DNA of 64,000 nucleotides from IMG/VR virus record IMGVR_UViG_3300028797_000135, positions 1 to 64,000 of that record; one strand, given 5' to 3'. The notes under the pieces are model-generated. The model saw nothing but the letters and a program-made list of their open reading frames with translations. It searched no databases and was not told where the DNA came from. The first letter of the stretch is position 1. Each line of letters begins with the position of its first letter. Below are positions 35,968 through 46,483 of the stretch, piece after piece. The position numbers and the translations under genes are program-made. The stretch comes from a virus (taxonomy: Duplodnaviria > Caudoviricetes).

Positions 35968-36321
35968 CTACAGTTTATCGGTTTCCTTTTCCAGCAAATG
36001 TTGCAGATGGGTATCAATGAACATTATCTCCCAGTGGTAGGAGTTCACAATCCCGTCCATAATGGTTGCAACGAGCGTACCAGTACGGTTGCGATACACC
36101 GCAAAATGCCGTTTCATCCTGTCTGACAGGATAGTGACGACTGAATCCTGATAGCATATCCCGTGCATCTTCTTGCCTAGCAGCTCAACTTCCTTGACGT
36201 TCTTGCCGAAACGTTTCAGGACATCGACCGCCCTCTGTATCATTTCGGCAACATCGTAGTTGATTAGCAGCTTCGGTGCGTTCTGGTCTATTACTTGTTT
36301 GTTTTGCATCATTGCTTGCAT
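35968..36321 (-). CDS. hypothetical protein
   Basis: GGAGG RBS; behind palindromic late motif. Confidence 0.55.
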   Translation of the reverse strand: MQAMMQNKQVIDQNAPKLLINYDVAEMIQRAVDVLKRFGKNVKEVELLGKKMHGICYQDSVVTILSDRMKRHFAVYRNRTGTLVATIMDGIVNSYHWEIMFIDTHLQHLLEKETDKL

Positions 36322-36340
36322 AGTGGCCTCCTAGCAATAC

Positions 36341-36360
36341 ATACAGTTTATAAACTGTAT
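36341..36360. promoter_or_regulatory. palindromic back-to-back late-promoter-like motif
   Basis: perfect 20-bp palindrome ATACAGTTTATAAACTGTAT between divergent genes. Confidence 0.65.
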
Positions 36361-36378
36361 GAAGATAGAGGTCGTAAA

Positions 36379-37158
36379 ATGAAATCTCTTTTTGAACGCA
36401 TCGACAAGCTCGATACAAACCTTAGGATAACCAGCGAGTGGGCCAAACGGAAGTACAACGAGTTAAATTCCCGTTTCTTCGGTGGAAGGCTCCCGAAGGA
36501 CATCCAGTTCGAGATGTCTGGAACGCAAAACGCTGTCGGCGACGCATCCTGTGTCGTCAGCAACATGCCGTCAGCGGGAAGCATACAGGTTGGCGACAAC
36601 TACGTTGGCAAACTCAAAATCCGTCTGTCCAGCTATTTCAACGACATCACCGAAACCGAGGCAGAGGAAGTCCTGCTCCACGAGATGATTCACATCTGGC
36701 AGTACGTAAGCATTCCGAAGTCCCAGTGGGGTGCCAACATGCACGGAGCGTCGTTCACAAACAAGATGAACGAAATCAACCGTATGTCAGGCGGCAAATA
36801 CAACGTGACAACGACAAACGATTCCAGCATGAAGGCTCGCCACGCTGACGACCTCATGAAGAACAAGAAGGAATACGACGAGCTTAGAGACTCCAGACTA
36901 ATGTTCATCAAGGACAAGAACAACGACAGCAAGGTGGACGTAATCCGTTTCAAGGACGAAGCCGACATGAAACAGTTTGCAGAACAGTTTGTCCCGATGC
37001 ACGAACTTGAAGTTACTGGAACCGCAGCACCTCATGACATCGACGCTTATCGGTACAGGTTCGGTGCATTGAAGAACAACACGGAAGAGAACCGTAACGG
37101 CTACTACATTATGAACAAGAGAGATATCGACGAGGCAAAACGTCTCGGAGCAATCTAG
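36379..37158 (+). CDS. SprT-like zinc metalloprotease
   Basis: Y..LN.RFF.G.LP, I.LS, VLLHEMIH, HG..F…M..IN. Confidence 0.85.
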   Translation: MKSLFERIDKLDTNLRITSEWAKRKYNELNSRFFGGRLPKDIQFEMSGTQNAVGDASCVVSNMPSAGSIQVGDNYVGKLKIRLSSYFNDITETEAEEVLLHEMIHIWQYVSIPKSQWGANMHGASFTNKMNEINRMSGGKYNVTTTNDSSMKARHADDLMKNKKEYDELRDSRLMFIKDKNNDSKVDVIRFKDEADMKQFAEQFVPMHELEVTGTAAPHDIDAYRYRFGALKNNTEENRNGYYIMNKRDIDEAKRLGAI

Positions 37159-37167
37159 GAGGACAAC

Positions 37168-37365
37168 ATGTCATTGAAGAAGCAAATGTTCGAATCAGAA
37201 ATCAGAAAGTTGAACCTGCCAGCGGCAATGGAATCGGTCATCAACGAACTTCACGACGTAGCGTTCCAAGAGGATGGTGACGACGAGCCTCAATACGTCG
37301 AGAAGGACTGGAAGTCCGTTGACAAGGACAACGGCGACGGAACGTCGTCTGTCGAAACTACATGA
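37168..37365 (+). CDS. small leader-motif protein
   Basis: GGAGG RBS; FESEIRKLNL…LHDVAFQE followed by short acidic tail. Confidence 0.6.
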   Translation: MSLKKQMFESEIRKLNLPAAMESVINELHDVAFQEDGDDEPQYVEKDWKSVDKDNGDGTSSVETT

Positions 37366-37457
37366 TTGGTCCAATGATAACTTTCGCAATCGTCGTCATA
37401 ACAATTCTACTGATAACGGGCAAGGTATGAAAAAGGCGGGTTCAACACCCGCTTTCT

Positions 37458-38186
37458 TCATATCCGTTCGACATAGTTGAGTAAAACCCACCCGTCAGTG
37501 GTTCGGCCCCATCCACGCCTTTCAGCATAGATATTTATCTGGGTGCCCTTCTCATACTTAGTGACAACATTTCCTACGATGGGAGCTTCACGACAATTCA
37601 GATTTGCCGTTGTCGTTCCTGAATACAACGGGTTTCTAGGAAGCTTTTCCTTACCGATGATTTTAAGAAAGTCATACCAGTTGGACAGGCATTCTTCGTT
37701 CCTCACCCACGGCTGCGGGCATTGCTTTCCGCTAATGCAGTGATGCATGATGACATGGTCGAGTGGAATATCGTATTCTTCCATGAGCTTCTTGGCGAGC
37801 AATGCGGTACGTTCGACAACCTTATCCGAAATACTCCAATCAGTATCAGTTACTTTGAGTGACTTGGTATTCTTCTTGTCAGAACACATCTCAATCGAGA
37901 TACAGTTTGCATTACGAGCGGTCTTGTACAACGTTCCACCAAGCGATGTGGAAAATTTATTGTAAATCTTATCACCAACAGCCCAGCAATACTGGTTCCT
38001 GATGTCTGGATTGAACTGAACAACTTCATCTTGGTCCACGATAAAGTCGGCACTCGCCTTCGTATCCTGCTTCCCGAAATAAGTTGCAATACGCTTTGCG
38101 GTTCCGCCCTTGGAACTCGTGCCCGCAGTGTAATGAATAACAAGATATTCTATCGGGCGGTTCTTTTTAACAGTTACGTTGTACAT
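37458..38186 (-). CDS. N-acetylmuramoyl-L-alanine amidase (Amidase_2) with SH3b domain
   Basis: IEYLVIHYTA, ASADFIVD, N.NCISIEMC, V.MH…GKQCP; C-terminal LNCR..P…GW…GWV..NY. Confidence 0.88.
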   Translation of the reverse strand: MYNVTVKKNRPIEYLVIHYTAGTSSKGGTAKRIATYFGKQDTKASADFIVDQDEVVQFNPDIRNQYCWAVGDKIYNKFSTSLGGTLYKTARNANCISIEMCSDKKNTKSLKVTDTDWSISDKVVERTALLAKKLMEEYDIPLDHVIMHHCISGKQCPQPWVRNEECLSNWYDFLKIIGKEKLPRNPLYSGTTTANLNCREAPIVGNVVTKYEKGTQINIYAERRGWGRTTDGWVLLNYVERI

Positions 38187-38187
38187 A

Positions 38188-38721
38188 CTATACCGCAGGA
38201 CCACCAGCAGCGGCAGCTCCGCCTCCGCCACCACCATCGTAGCAACCAACGGCACAACCCTGCTTGTACGGAGAGTAGTTCATCCTGTTGGGAGCAGCGA
38301 ATCCACATGCCATCGGCTGTGCGCTTGCGTTATAATTAAGGACTGGATAATTCTGCTTGATGTGGCCCTGTGCGGTCTTTATCATTTCCTGAATTTTCGG
38401 GTCAGTCTTAATCTTTTCCCTCTTCCATACAATCTTGCCAGGGAAGCATTCCTTCATTTCCTTCTTAGGGTCTCGGTTTGCGTTCGGGTTTGTTGAAAGG
38501 GTCATCGGGTGCTGTTGAGCGCCAACTTCGTTCGAGTGGGAACTGTTCGTAGCCATCGGCGTCTGAATAGCATCATGAATGTTATGGTTATCAGCCATCG
38601 GCAACATCAGGTTTCGTTCAAAGCCCTCGAAACACGCCTTGTGAAGACGCTTGATGGCTTCCAACTGGGCCTCGGAAAGGCCGAGCTTTCCGATAGATTC
38701 AAAAAACAGTTTCGTTTCCAT
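38188..38721 (-). CDS. leader-motif protein, paralog of 14185-14601
   Basis: FFESIGKLGLSEAQLEAIKRLHKACFE. Confidence 0.65.
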   Translation of the reverse strand: METKLFFESIGKLGLSEAQLEAIKRLHKACFEGFERNLMLPMADNHNIHDAIQTPMATNSSHSNEVGAQQHPMTLSTNPNANRDPKKEMKECFPGKIVWKREKIKTDPKIQEMIKTAQGHIKQNYPVLNYNASAQPMACGFAAPNRMNYSPYKQGCAVGCYDGGGGGGAAAAGGPAV

Positions 38722-38725
38722 ACAC

Positions 38726-38741
38726 ATAGTTTATAAACTAT
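38726..38741. promoter_or_regulatory. palindromic back-to-back late-promoter-like motif
   Basis: ATAGTTTATAAACTAT between divergent genes. Confidence 0.65.
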
Positions 38742-38745
38742 TTGC

Positions 38746-39771
38746 ATGAAGGTAAACGGATTCATCATACCCGTAAGGGGTAACTGCCGAGCTATGAACG
38801 AGGAGCGAAAGAACTTCTCGGTACTGACGCACGTTTCCGAACATCTGTGGAACGACAGGATTGGAGCCTATGTCGAACGGTCTGAAAAGGCCCAGATTAA
38901 CAACCCAGTCATGTCCCGTGACAGGAACCTCGGGGTGAGGTTCCACTACCGCAGGCACAACGCATTCCTTGACCAAGAGCGTTATGACAGGATGTCATCG
39001 GACTTTGTAAAGCGTCAGGGTGTATTCATCAAGTATTACACCGTGACGATGGACGTGGACAGCAACTCATTGTTCCACGAGGACAACTTGCGTACTGTTG
39101 ACAGGGAGTTCGACTTCCAAGTTCTAATCGGGTTCCAGCCGCAGAAGGAACTGTACGACAGGTACGGCATCCAGTTCGACGGAAAGATGGAACTGCAATT
39201 CCTGATGACCTACTTCCTCGAATGCAACTACCAGTCACTGAGAGAACATGGCATCAAGCCTATGTGCGCCCCGACAGAGCACAACCCCATCTGGTATCAG
39301 CGTGGTTATGAAGACTTCCGTTACTATGGTTATACCGCACAGCAGATTTTCCCCAAGGCTGGCGATATGCTCAAATTCGAGTTCAACAACATCTTGTATC
39401 AGGTGACCAAGATTTCCGACGAGCAGCCTGAATACGAGTACAAGCAAAGAAAGTATTGGTGGAAGGTTTTCGTGGATACGGCAGTGGATTCTGGACAGAA
39501 GGTATCGGACGACGTTTTGATGAAGCCCGAACAGGAGAACTTCATCAACAACCTCCTCGGAAAGACAACCTACGAGAAGGGAGAAATGGAATCGGGTGCG
39601 GATGCGGCAAAGCCGACAACACAAGCGGAATACCCGTTCGCTGTCAACGCAACTATCGACGAACTCAAAAAGGATGTCCTGTTCAGGCCTCCCGAAGTTC
39701 CAGAATGCGTGGACAATGTTACCGAGTCCCCGTCCTATCAACCTTGCGAGAAACTTCTTGGTGGTTGGTAA
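38746..39771 (+). CDS. neck/head-completion protein, T4 gp14-like
   Basis: LFHED…F…GF…YG.Q…F…PK.GD.L.F…LYQV..I pattern. Confidence 0.55.
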   Translation: MKVNGFIIPVRGNCRAMNEERKNFSVLTHVSEHLWNDRIGAYVERSEKAQINNPVMSRDRNLGVRFHYRRHNAFLDQERYDRMSSDFVKRQGVFIKYYTVTMDVDSNSLFHEDNLRTVDREFDFQVLIGFQPQKELYDRYGIQFDGKMELQFLMTYFLECNYQSLREHGIKPMCAPTEHNPIWYQRGYEDFRYYGYTAQQIFPKAGDMLKFEFNNILYQVTKISDEQPEYEYKQRKYWWKVFVDTAVDSGQKVSDDVLMKPEQENFINNLLGKTTYEKGEMESGADAAKPTTQAEYPFAVNATIDELKKDVLFRPPEVPECVDNVTESPSYQPCEKLLGGW

Positions 39772-40160
39772 CGCAAAAAGCTCCGTTCAAACGGAGCTTT
39801 CTTCTTATTTGTGGTATTCCCATTGGTATCTTACATTGGCATCTGGATTTTCTGCTTGAATCCGTTCCTTTTGGTGACACAGGCCAAGCTTTACCAATAG
39901 CCGTACGATTGGGTCGAAAATTCCATTGTCGATGACAATTTCCATCTTCGGTCGTTCAGGACATTTAATATTCATTTGCGACATTAGATATTCTCCTATT
40001 AGTACACGACAACGACTTTCTCTTCTCGACCGTCGTCATAATACTTAATGCCTTCAAATACCTCTTCAAACTCCATCTTGTTCATATCTACTACGGGCAA
40101 GTCCTGAGGCATCTTTTTCAGCTCTTCAGCCAAGTCTGCTACTGTCTTTATTGCCATGTA

Positions 40161-40499
40161 TCACCCCAGTTTGAACAATTCGTCAGCACACGTCTTGTAG
40201 TACGCATCACGCATGATTTTCACCATGCTGGTTTCTTCAATTTGATGAGCCTGTTCAAGCTTTTTCAATTCATACAAGAAATTCTTTAAATTCTCCATCT
40301 TGTTAGGAATGTATCTTACCCATTCACTGTTCCTAAGATGAAGCCCACGAGTGTGACTTACTGTGGTGAAATCATTGAATTCAATCTTCGTACCGCATTC
40401 CTTGCAGTATTTTTCAGATTGATAGACAGCGTGACCGCATTTGGGACACACCGCACAAATCCACGGAGAACCATTCCGAACATAGACGTGAGCTTCCAT
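40161..40499 (-). CDS. zinc-ribbon protein
   Basis: CPKCG…YCKECG. Confidence 0.65.
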   Translation of the reverse strand: MEAHVYVRNGSPWICAVCPKCGHAVYQSEKYCKECGTKIEFNDFTTVSHTRGLHLRNSEWVRYIPNKMENLKNFLYELKKLEQAHQIEETSMVKIMRDAYYKTCADELFKLG

Positions 40500-40811
40500 T
40501 ATTCCCTCGGTTTCTTTTTCTGTTTTACACTCACTGAAAACGACACGGTAATCTCGCCGTAATTATCAGGGTCAATACCCTTGCGGTCGCACTCCCGTAT
40601 AAAGGCGGTTTCCATCCATTCCCATATATCGAGCAGGTCATGGCTACACACAAAATCATCTTTCATTCTCATCATTTCTCGGCATCCTCCATAAATTTAT
40701 GAATAGCAGTCGAGAAAGCCATGCCAATGGCAAAGCCCAAGCTCAGGATTTTCAACCCGAGCATGAGGGCTTGTGCCTTAGCCTTGGTAGAGCGAAAGAT
40801 GCCCTTTATGC

Positions 40812-41411
40812 TCATACTGCTTCCTTAGCCTGACCCTTACCTTTCACATAGAAGAACATCCAGTCACGGGCGTTGTTCTTGTCGGTAATAGGCAATTCCT
40901 TTGTACACACAGCGTTAGCCGCAGTCATACTTTCAACAATCATCGGCTTCAAGGTAGCCATCGCAGTATCCTTGTGGGAAATTTCACGGCCATGGAACTG
41001 TACCGCAATCTTGACGGGATGACCTGCTTCAATGAATTCTGCAGCCTTGTTCATCTTCGTCTTGAAATCGTTTTCGCCAATGTTCGGACCAAAGGTGATG
41101 GTCTTTTCTTCGGAACGGCGAGCGTTTTCACGGTTCTTCTTGTCCTGTTCCTTCTGAGCCTTCTTTTTCAGGTACTCTTCCTTCTTTTGGTCGCCAAGCT
41201 TGAATACGGCAGCCTTTTCGTTCACGACAACGACATCCAATCCTTGGTCTTGTGCCAGCTTTTCAGCCTGACCATAGGTCATTTGTTCGATTGAACCATC
41301 ATCCTTCTTCAATCGGATGGTGGCATTACGGTCGAAAGTCTTCGTTTCGTTAAAATCACGGGCATCCTTGCGCTTGTAGCCGAAGTTGCCGTTATTGTAG
41401 GATTTGTACAT
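40812..41411 (-). CDS. infC: translation initiation factor IF-3
   Basis: IRL…A..LA…GLD.V.V; K…F.PNIGE.DF.TK…A..F…G..VK…FHGRE. Confidence 0.88.
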   Translation of the reverse strand: MYKSYNNGNFGYKRKDARDFNETKTFDRNATIRLKKDDGSIEQMTYGQAEKLAQDQGLDVVVVNEKAAVFKLGDQKKEEYLKKKAQKEQDKKNRENARRSEEKTITFGPNIGENDFKTKMNKAAEFIEAGHPVKIAVQFHGREISHKDTAMATLKPMIVESMTAANAVCTKELPITDKNNARDWMFFYVKGKGQAKEAV

Positions 41412-41464
41412 TTAATTTCCTTGTTTTAATGTTTGGTCGGAGGCTGTTTACCCCAGACTACCAG

Positions 41465-41493
41465 AATATAGATTATTAAATCCCCCTTGTCAA
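41465..41493 (-). promoter_or_regulatory. sigma70-type promoter for infC
   Basis: TTGACA-N17-TATATT. Confidence 0.75.
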
Positions 41494-41532
41494 GGGGGAT
41501 TCTAAAATGTAAATGTAAAAGATATTTTACAA

Positions 41533-44500
41533 TCAGTCCTCGTAACCTGGATTTAGGTAGCCGTCTGCCGCTATCGCAACATACTTAGTAGAGCTACCTT
41601 CGGGGTCTGGCTCATTGTCTACAACGGGACCGTAGGAGATTGAGTCTAGCAAGATTACTGACGGGTAACCATCCATGTCACCAAGGTCCTTAATCCAATA
41701 CTCCTTTTTCTCAGGGTCGTCATCATCGTCCGCAAGGATAAGCACACCATCGACAGGGTATACACACTGCGGTTTCGTCGCATTGTACAAATCGACAAAT
41801 TCCTGAACGGATATCGGCGTATTGTAGAACCTGAAATCATAAGACATAGGTATCTTAACTTTTGTCGTGTTCGATTTGATAGTCCAGCTTTCGTCGATTG
41901 TTCTCCATGTGAGAGCATTGCCGACAGCGACACGGATAGGATAGCGTTTCTTCTCGACCGTTTCAACCAATTCCCCATCCTCTACATGTCGGGTGACCAC
42001 ATCATAGGTAGGCACTTCATGACTCAGGCAAGCCTCATACGTTATATAATTTTCATCCTCTTTATCAACCGTTATAGTAAACGGTATCGGGCGTATTTGC
42101 CCCTTAGTTGAATAGGCATAATAGGTCTTGCCAACCGTGAGACGGCCACTTACAGGAACAACCAATTCATAATAATCCTTACTTTCATAGGTGGATTTAT
42201 ACGTCAACGGATAGTCGGCACTTCCGCTGAAAACCCATGAAGGGTCACTGATTTCAATGCCATACCCGACCATCTTGTGGCGATAAATCTCCACATAGTA
42301 GTCATCTTTGTTGAATCCAGCATGTAGGGTAATGTCAGCAGTTGCAACACCATTTTCAATACGGGTTACTTTGGCCCGCATCTTCTCTTCCATCACATTT
42401 CCGTTCGACACATTCAGCACGTCGCCTACCTGAACATCGTCAACATAATCGTTTACAGGCAAATTGAATGTAATCATATCAGCCGCAATGTTAGCGCCAG
42501 TTATTGGAACCGCCCTGAAATAAGTGTTTTCACCATCATCGTAGGACACTGGCAAAAGTTCGAACCAGTCGGTCACATCGACCATTTCAACTGTCGCCGC
42601 ACCAACTTGCTGTATGCGGTATGCAACATATTCTTTCGGGTTCTTAGACGTGCGGGCAACAAGAGCATACATAGTCCAGTAGTCAACACGGTCATCGTCC
42701 ATTGTCGCCTGCCAGAACACCATACTGAATCCAGTGCCATCAGCGCTGTTGTACTTGCCATCTTCCCCCTTGGAGAATGCGGCGTACTCGTGGTCACAAA
42801 TCGCACCCTCATTACAGTTCGGGTAGATAGCGTCTTGTATGCAGCTTCCTTGCTGAACAACATCTTCCAAGTCAAATCTGTATTGCTTGTCAAAGGACTC
42901 AACATTTTTTACGCACTCATCTATCAGCGGGTCGCCGCTGCTACCTGGCATCAATCCCTTGTCAACTTCGGTCTTCACCTGATAGTCAGTTATGCGGATT
43001 CGCTTGCCAGGAACAAGGGTTCCGTCCTTTTCACCGCACTTACCTACAACCTTCACTGTCCTTGTCGCCGTATTCAGAACGCAAGAACCATTGAGGTAGT
43101 AATACCAGATGTGGTAAACTCCGCACTTGCAGAAATCAATGTCGTTGTAGGTGACGATATCATTGGACATATCGACGCTATTGCCGCTATACGGGCCAGC
43201 TTCACCCAGATACTTCCATTCGCCACACATGATGCGATACAGGCCGTTCTGCCCGTCATCCTGATTCTGCAGGTTGACAATCATACCGCTTCTCAGATTG
43301 ACTGTTCCAAGCCAGTAGTTGCCATACCTTCTTCCTACATTGGTATCTATTGTAGCAGACACCGTCTCTGTTACACGAGCACCAAGGTCAATAAACGTAT
43401 CTTCGGTAACATCGCCGTAATACTCCCAGTCACCCTTCTTCACAATCCATAATCCGTTTTCGTTTACGGATTTTCCATCTTCGGATTCCTTGATGAACTG
43501 CGATGTAAGCCATACCAAGTCGTTTTCCTGCAACTTAATTCCGTTAAGAGTCAGCTCACCGTGCTTGTATTGGAGATACTCGTTGTATTTCACCTTGACT
43601 GAAAGGTATCTCATCGCACAGCATGACTCTGGGCTACGCAGCTTGACGTACATATCCTTGCCGTAGCTCTTTGCTGGCGTATTTGAATCACCTTGGTAGT
43701 CATCCGTGTTCAATTCGATTGGGGACGTATAAATGCAGTTCGCACCAGTCGTATACTTTCCATCATCTTTAGAACCGTCATAAACGTAACGTATGACAGG
43801 GAAATCAACACGGTATGCTGGTTGGTCTTCACCACAGCCCTTTCCGCTGATAACGATGTTGCTCTTTCCGCATACCTCACGCCCACGCTCGTCCACAGGG
43901 AACATTCCCTGCATCAGATTTATCTTGATTTGGTTGTTATCCAAGTCAAGTTCATACACAGGCACATTGGCCGTGCTGACACCATCGTATAGCTGCAACT
44001 CGGTACAGGCGGTACTTGAACCTTCTACGATAAAGTCGTTATGACACTGGTCGATAGGGAACTTCAGCAGGCCGATTTCTTCAATGTTCTGTCCGATTAC
44101 GACACTTCCATCCATGAGCAATGTCGTAAACTGTTCCCCGTTAGGAGACTTCAAACCTATTACCGATTCAAGTGTCAACCGTACGGTTGAATCAAAGTCA
44201 ACTTTCCAAACTTTGTACTCAACACCGTCAACCCTCACGTTGCCGACAACATCCTTTCCGAACGTACCGACAAGTACGCCATCCACATAGAATTTCGCCT
44301 TACCCTTGATGTTGCCCTTGCTCATGATATAGATGTGGGACAACGTGTCGAAGGTTCCGCTTACCATAGACTTGCCGACTTCGACATAATCATGGTATGA
44401 ACCATTCGGTATGACCTTGGTCGTAAACTTCCTGTCATCAGTAGCATCCTTATCGACAGGCATTTCGAGGGTAAGCGTATTGTCGTTCTGGACATACTTA

Positions 44501-45249
44501 ACCTTAATCGGGCCAGTTATCTTTGTTCCGTCTTTGTAAATGGCAGACTTGTCAATGACATAGTATATGTCGTTTCCGTATTCATCGACACCAACCTTGT
44601 ATTTAAGGGTCAGCACATCACCTGGGCTGAACATGTCCTTGATTTTGTATCGGGAAGGTATCTTGATGCTCTGATAGAACATCTGGCAGAAACGGGTCTC
44701 GAACGAAGCGTGTTCCGCAACGGACTTTTCACCCTCGTTTTCGAAGAGCACATGGAAATATGCGAGCAAATCAGACAGGTCTACAGATGACGGGTCGAAT
44801 CCCTTTTCGCATGATGTTTTGCCATTAGCGTCAAGTACGGGAAGCATATTGAAATCAAGGACGAGCTGCTTTCCAAATGTATTCGCTTCCGTCGCCGCAT
44901 TCTTGACATGGCCTGGAATGACCGTGTATATAGGGAAGGTGCATGTTTCCTCATACTCGTTTACACGGACACGAAGGTTCAACTCGTTTACAACTGGGCA
45001 TTCACATGTCTGGACATTGATAAGGGCACATCTGTTCAATGATAGGTTATATACAATAGGACCATCCTCATCGGCTAACACAACATCCAGAGGATTAAAA
45101 AGACCATCTTCATCCACAACTTCAAGGCTTGTAACAGCCTTATCCAGAACGAGTATGCGAGAAACAAACTGACCTGTATAGTTTCGGCCAAAGATAATAA
45201 ACGGGGTTTCTATCTTAATTTTATCCTTTATTTCATCGCAAAACGCCAT
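41533..45249 (-). CDS. large putative virion structural protein
   Basis: beta-rich; two L.G..L…D.V.L..Q…NGL…G.W repeats; late motif at 45277. Confidence 0.55.
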   Translation of the reverse strand: MAFCDEIKDKIKIETPFIIFGRNYTGQFVSRILVLDKAVTSLEVVDEDGLFNPLDVVLADEDGPIVYNLSLNRCALINVQTCECPVVNELNLRVRVNEYEETCTFPIYTVIPGHVKNAATEANTFGKQLVLDFNMLPVLDANGKTSCEKGFDPSSVDLSDLLAYFHVLFENEGEKSVAEHASFETRFCQMFYQSIKIPSRYKIKDMFSPGDVLTLKYKVGVDEYGNDIYYVIDKSAIYKDGTKITGPIKVKYVQNDNTLTLEMPVDKDATDDRKFTTKVIPNGSYHDYVEVGKSMVSGTFDTLSHIYIMSKGNIKGKAKFYVDGVLVGTFGKDVVGNVRVDGVEYKVWKVDFDSTVRLTLESVIGLKSPNGEQFTTLLMDGSVVIGQNIEEIGLLKFPIDQCHNDFIVEGSSTACTELQLYDGVSTANVPVYELDLDNNQIKINLMQGMFPVDERGREVCGKSNIVISGKGCGEDQPAYRVDFPVIRYVYDGSKDDGKYTTGANCIYTSPIELNTDDYQGDSNTPAKSYGKDMYVKLRSPESCCAMRYLSVKVKYNEYLQYKHGELTLNGIKLQENDLVWLTSQFIKESEDGKSVNENGLWIVKKGDWEYYGDVTEDTFIDLGARVTETVSATIDTNVGRRYGNYWLGTVNLRSGMIVNLQNQDDGQNGLYRIMCGEWKYLGEAGPYSGNSVDMSNDIVTYNDIDFCKCGVYHIWYYYLNGSCVLNTATRTVKVVGKCGEKDGTLVPGKRIRITDYQVKTEVDKGLMPGSSGDPLIDECVKNVESFDKQYRFDLEDVVQQGSCIQDAIYPNCNEGAICDHEYAAFSKGEDGKYNSADGTGFSMVFWQATMDDDRVDYWTMYALVARTSKNPKEYVAYRIQQVGAATVEMVDVTDWFELLPVSYDDGENTYFRAVPITGANIAADMITFNLPVNDYVDDVQVGDVLNVSNGNVMEEKMRAKVTRIENGVATADITLHAGFNKDDYYVEIYRHKMVGYGIEISDPSWVFSGSADYPLTYKSTYESKDYYELVVPVSGRLTVGKTYYAYSTKGQIRPIPFTITVDKEDENYITYEACLSHEVPTYDVVTRHVEDGELVETVEKKRYPIRVAVGNALTWRTIDESWTIKSNTTKVKIPMSYDFRFYNTPISVQEFVDLYNATKPQCVYPVDGVLILADDDDDPEKKEYWIKDLGDMDGYPSVILLDSISYGPVVDNEPDPEGSSTKYVAIAADGYLNPGYED

Positions 45250-45281
45250 CGAGCTAAACCACTGATTCAATCATCAATAGT

Positions 45282-45836
45282 TTATACCCCGTCCAGCTCT
45301 GAGAAGGACAGGTCAGGCAGCGAAGTGGCCGACGGTTCGGGCTTCTTTCCGACATCCTCATACGCCTTATCGCAAGGATATAGCAGAATGTTCTTGTATA
45401 TCTCCCACAGGAGGTCAGGAACCTCGGTAGTATGAGCTCGGGGAACACCTATCCAGCACCGTCCATCTTCAACAAGCCCATAATTAATCCACTGCTTGCA
45501 CTTCAATTTGGCGAAAAGATTGTCCATCCTGAACTTATACATGGATTTATCGCCCTTGAATGTATGCCTTCCTTTACTGTACTCACTTTTGAAGGTCAAG
45601 CAAATCTGAACCCTTCCCCTATCCAGCACATTGATTATGATTCCTATGGTGAGGTCATGCAGCTTTTTCTCGGACTTCACGCTAATGACTTCCATTAAAG
45701 CCATGTTCTTCCACTCGTCAACGGACGCATAGCGTTCAAAACCAGATGCGGTGGTCTTCTTATTCCACCGTTCGAGGTGATACCCGCTGATGTCATTCAG
45801 GAGGTCTGGAAAGTTGTATTCTTCGGAAGTTCTCAT
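45282..45836 (-). CDS. hypothetical protein (possibly leaderless)
   Basis: TTGCCA-N17-TATATT at 45844-45872, ATG 7 nt below. Confidence 0.55.
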   Translation of the reverse strand: MRTSEEYNFPDLLNDISGYHLERWNKKTTASGFERYASVDEWKNMALMEVISVKSEKKLHDLTIGIIINVLDRGRVQICLTFKSEYSKGRHTFKGDKSMYKFRMDNLFAKLKCKQWINYGLVEDGRCWIGVPRAHTTEVPDLLWEIYKNILLYPCDKAYEDVGKKPEPSATSLPDLSFSELDGV

Positions 45837-45920
45837 AAAAGCAAATATAATCCATATTTGCGTTTTTGGCAAGGCTTAACGAATATATAAACTAAATGAG
45901 AAGTCATAAAAGGATTCTTT

Positions 45921-46403
45921 ATGGGTACACTAAAATCTTCTGAATACGCTTATCGCAGTGCTGGTGACAACTTCGACACACATCCAGACTATCGCCACGA
46001 CATGTTCACGATGTGTCAGGAATATGCCAAGAACGTGAGCGACATTTCCAGCGGCAAGGCAAAGAAGTTCCTTGACCGTGCCTACAACCAGAACTACTGG
46101 CATACCGCAGACAGGCTTGCCGCAGAACAGGACAAGTTCCTTGAAGACGACATGGTAAACAACACCCCAGGTCGTGGTTACCGCAACTATCGCCGTATGG
46201 AATACGACATCCCGAAGGATGCCAGCAACATCGGCAAGTCCGCTCAGAAGGACCGTGAAGCCGCAGAGGAGCGCAAGATATGGGACAAGGACGAACTGCT
46301 TAGGGCACTAAGGCAGAACAGGTTCGCCATCTGCTCTACTGCATCGGCAACATCTGACAAGCCGATTACCCAGAAGGACTACAAGGACCAGATTAAGCTT
46401 TAG
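45921..46403 (+). CDS. late hypothetical protein
   Basis: TATAAACTA at 45886; AAGGA RBS; terminator after. Confidence 0.65.
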   Translation: MGTLKSSEYAYRSAGDNFDTHPDYRHDMFTMCQEYAKNVSDISSGKAKKFLDRAYNQNYWHTADRLAAEQDKFLEDDMVNNTPGRGYRNYRRMEYDIPKDASNIGKSAQKDREAAEERKIWDKDELLRALRQNRFAICSTASATSDKPITQKDYKDQIKL

Positions 46404-46483
46404 TTGTGGTGAATTGCCTCCTTATAGCCACAACAAAGGAGCCTCCCATTTGGGGAGGCTTTCTTATTTAATTATGTAATTTA

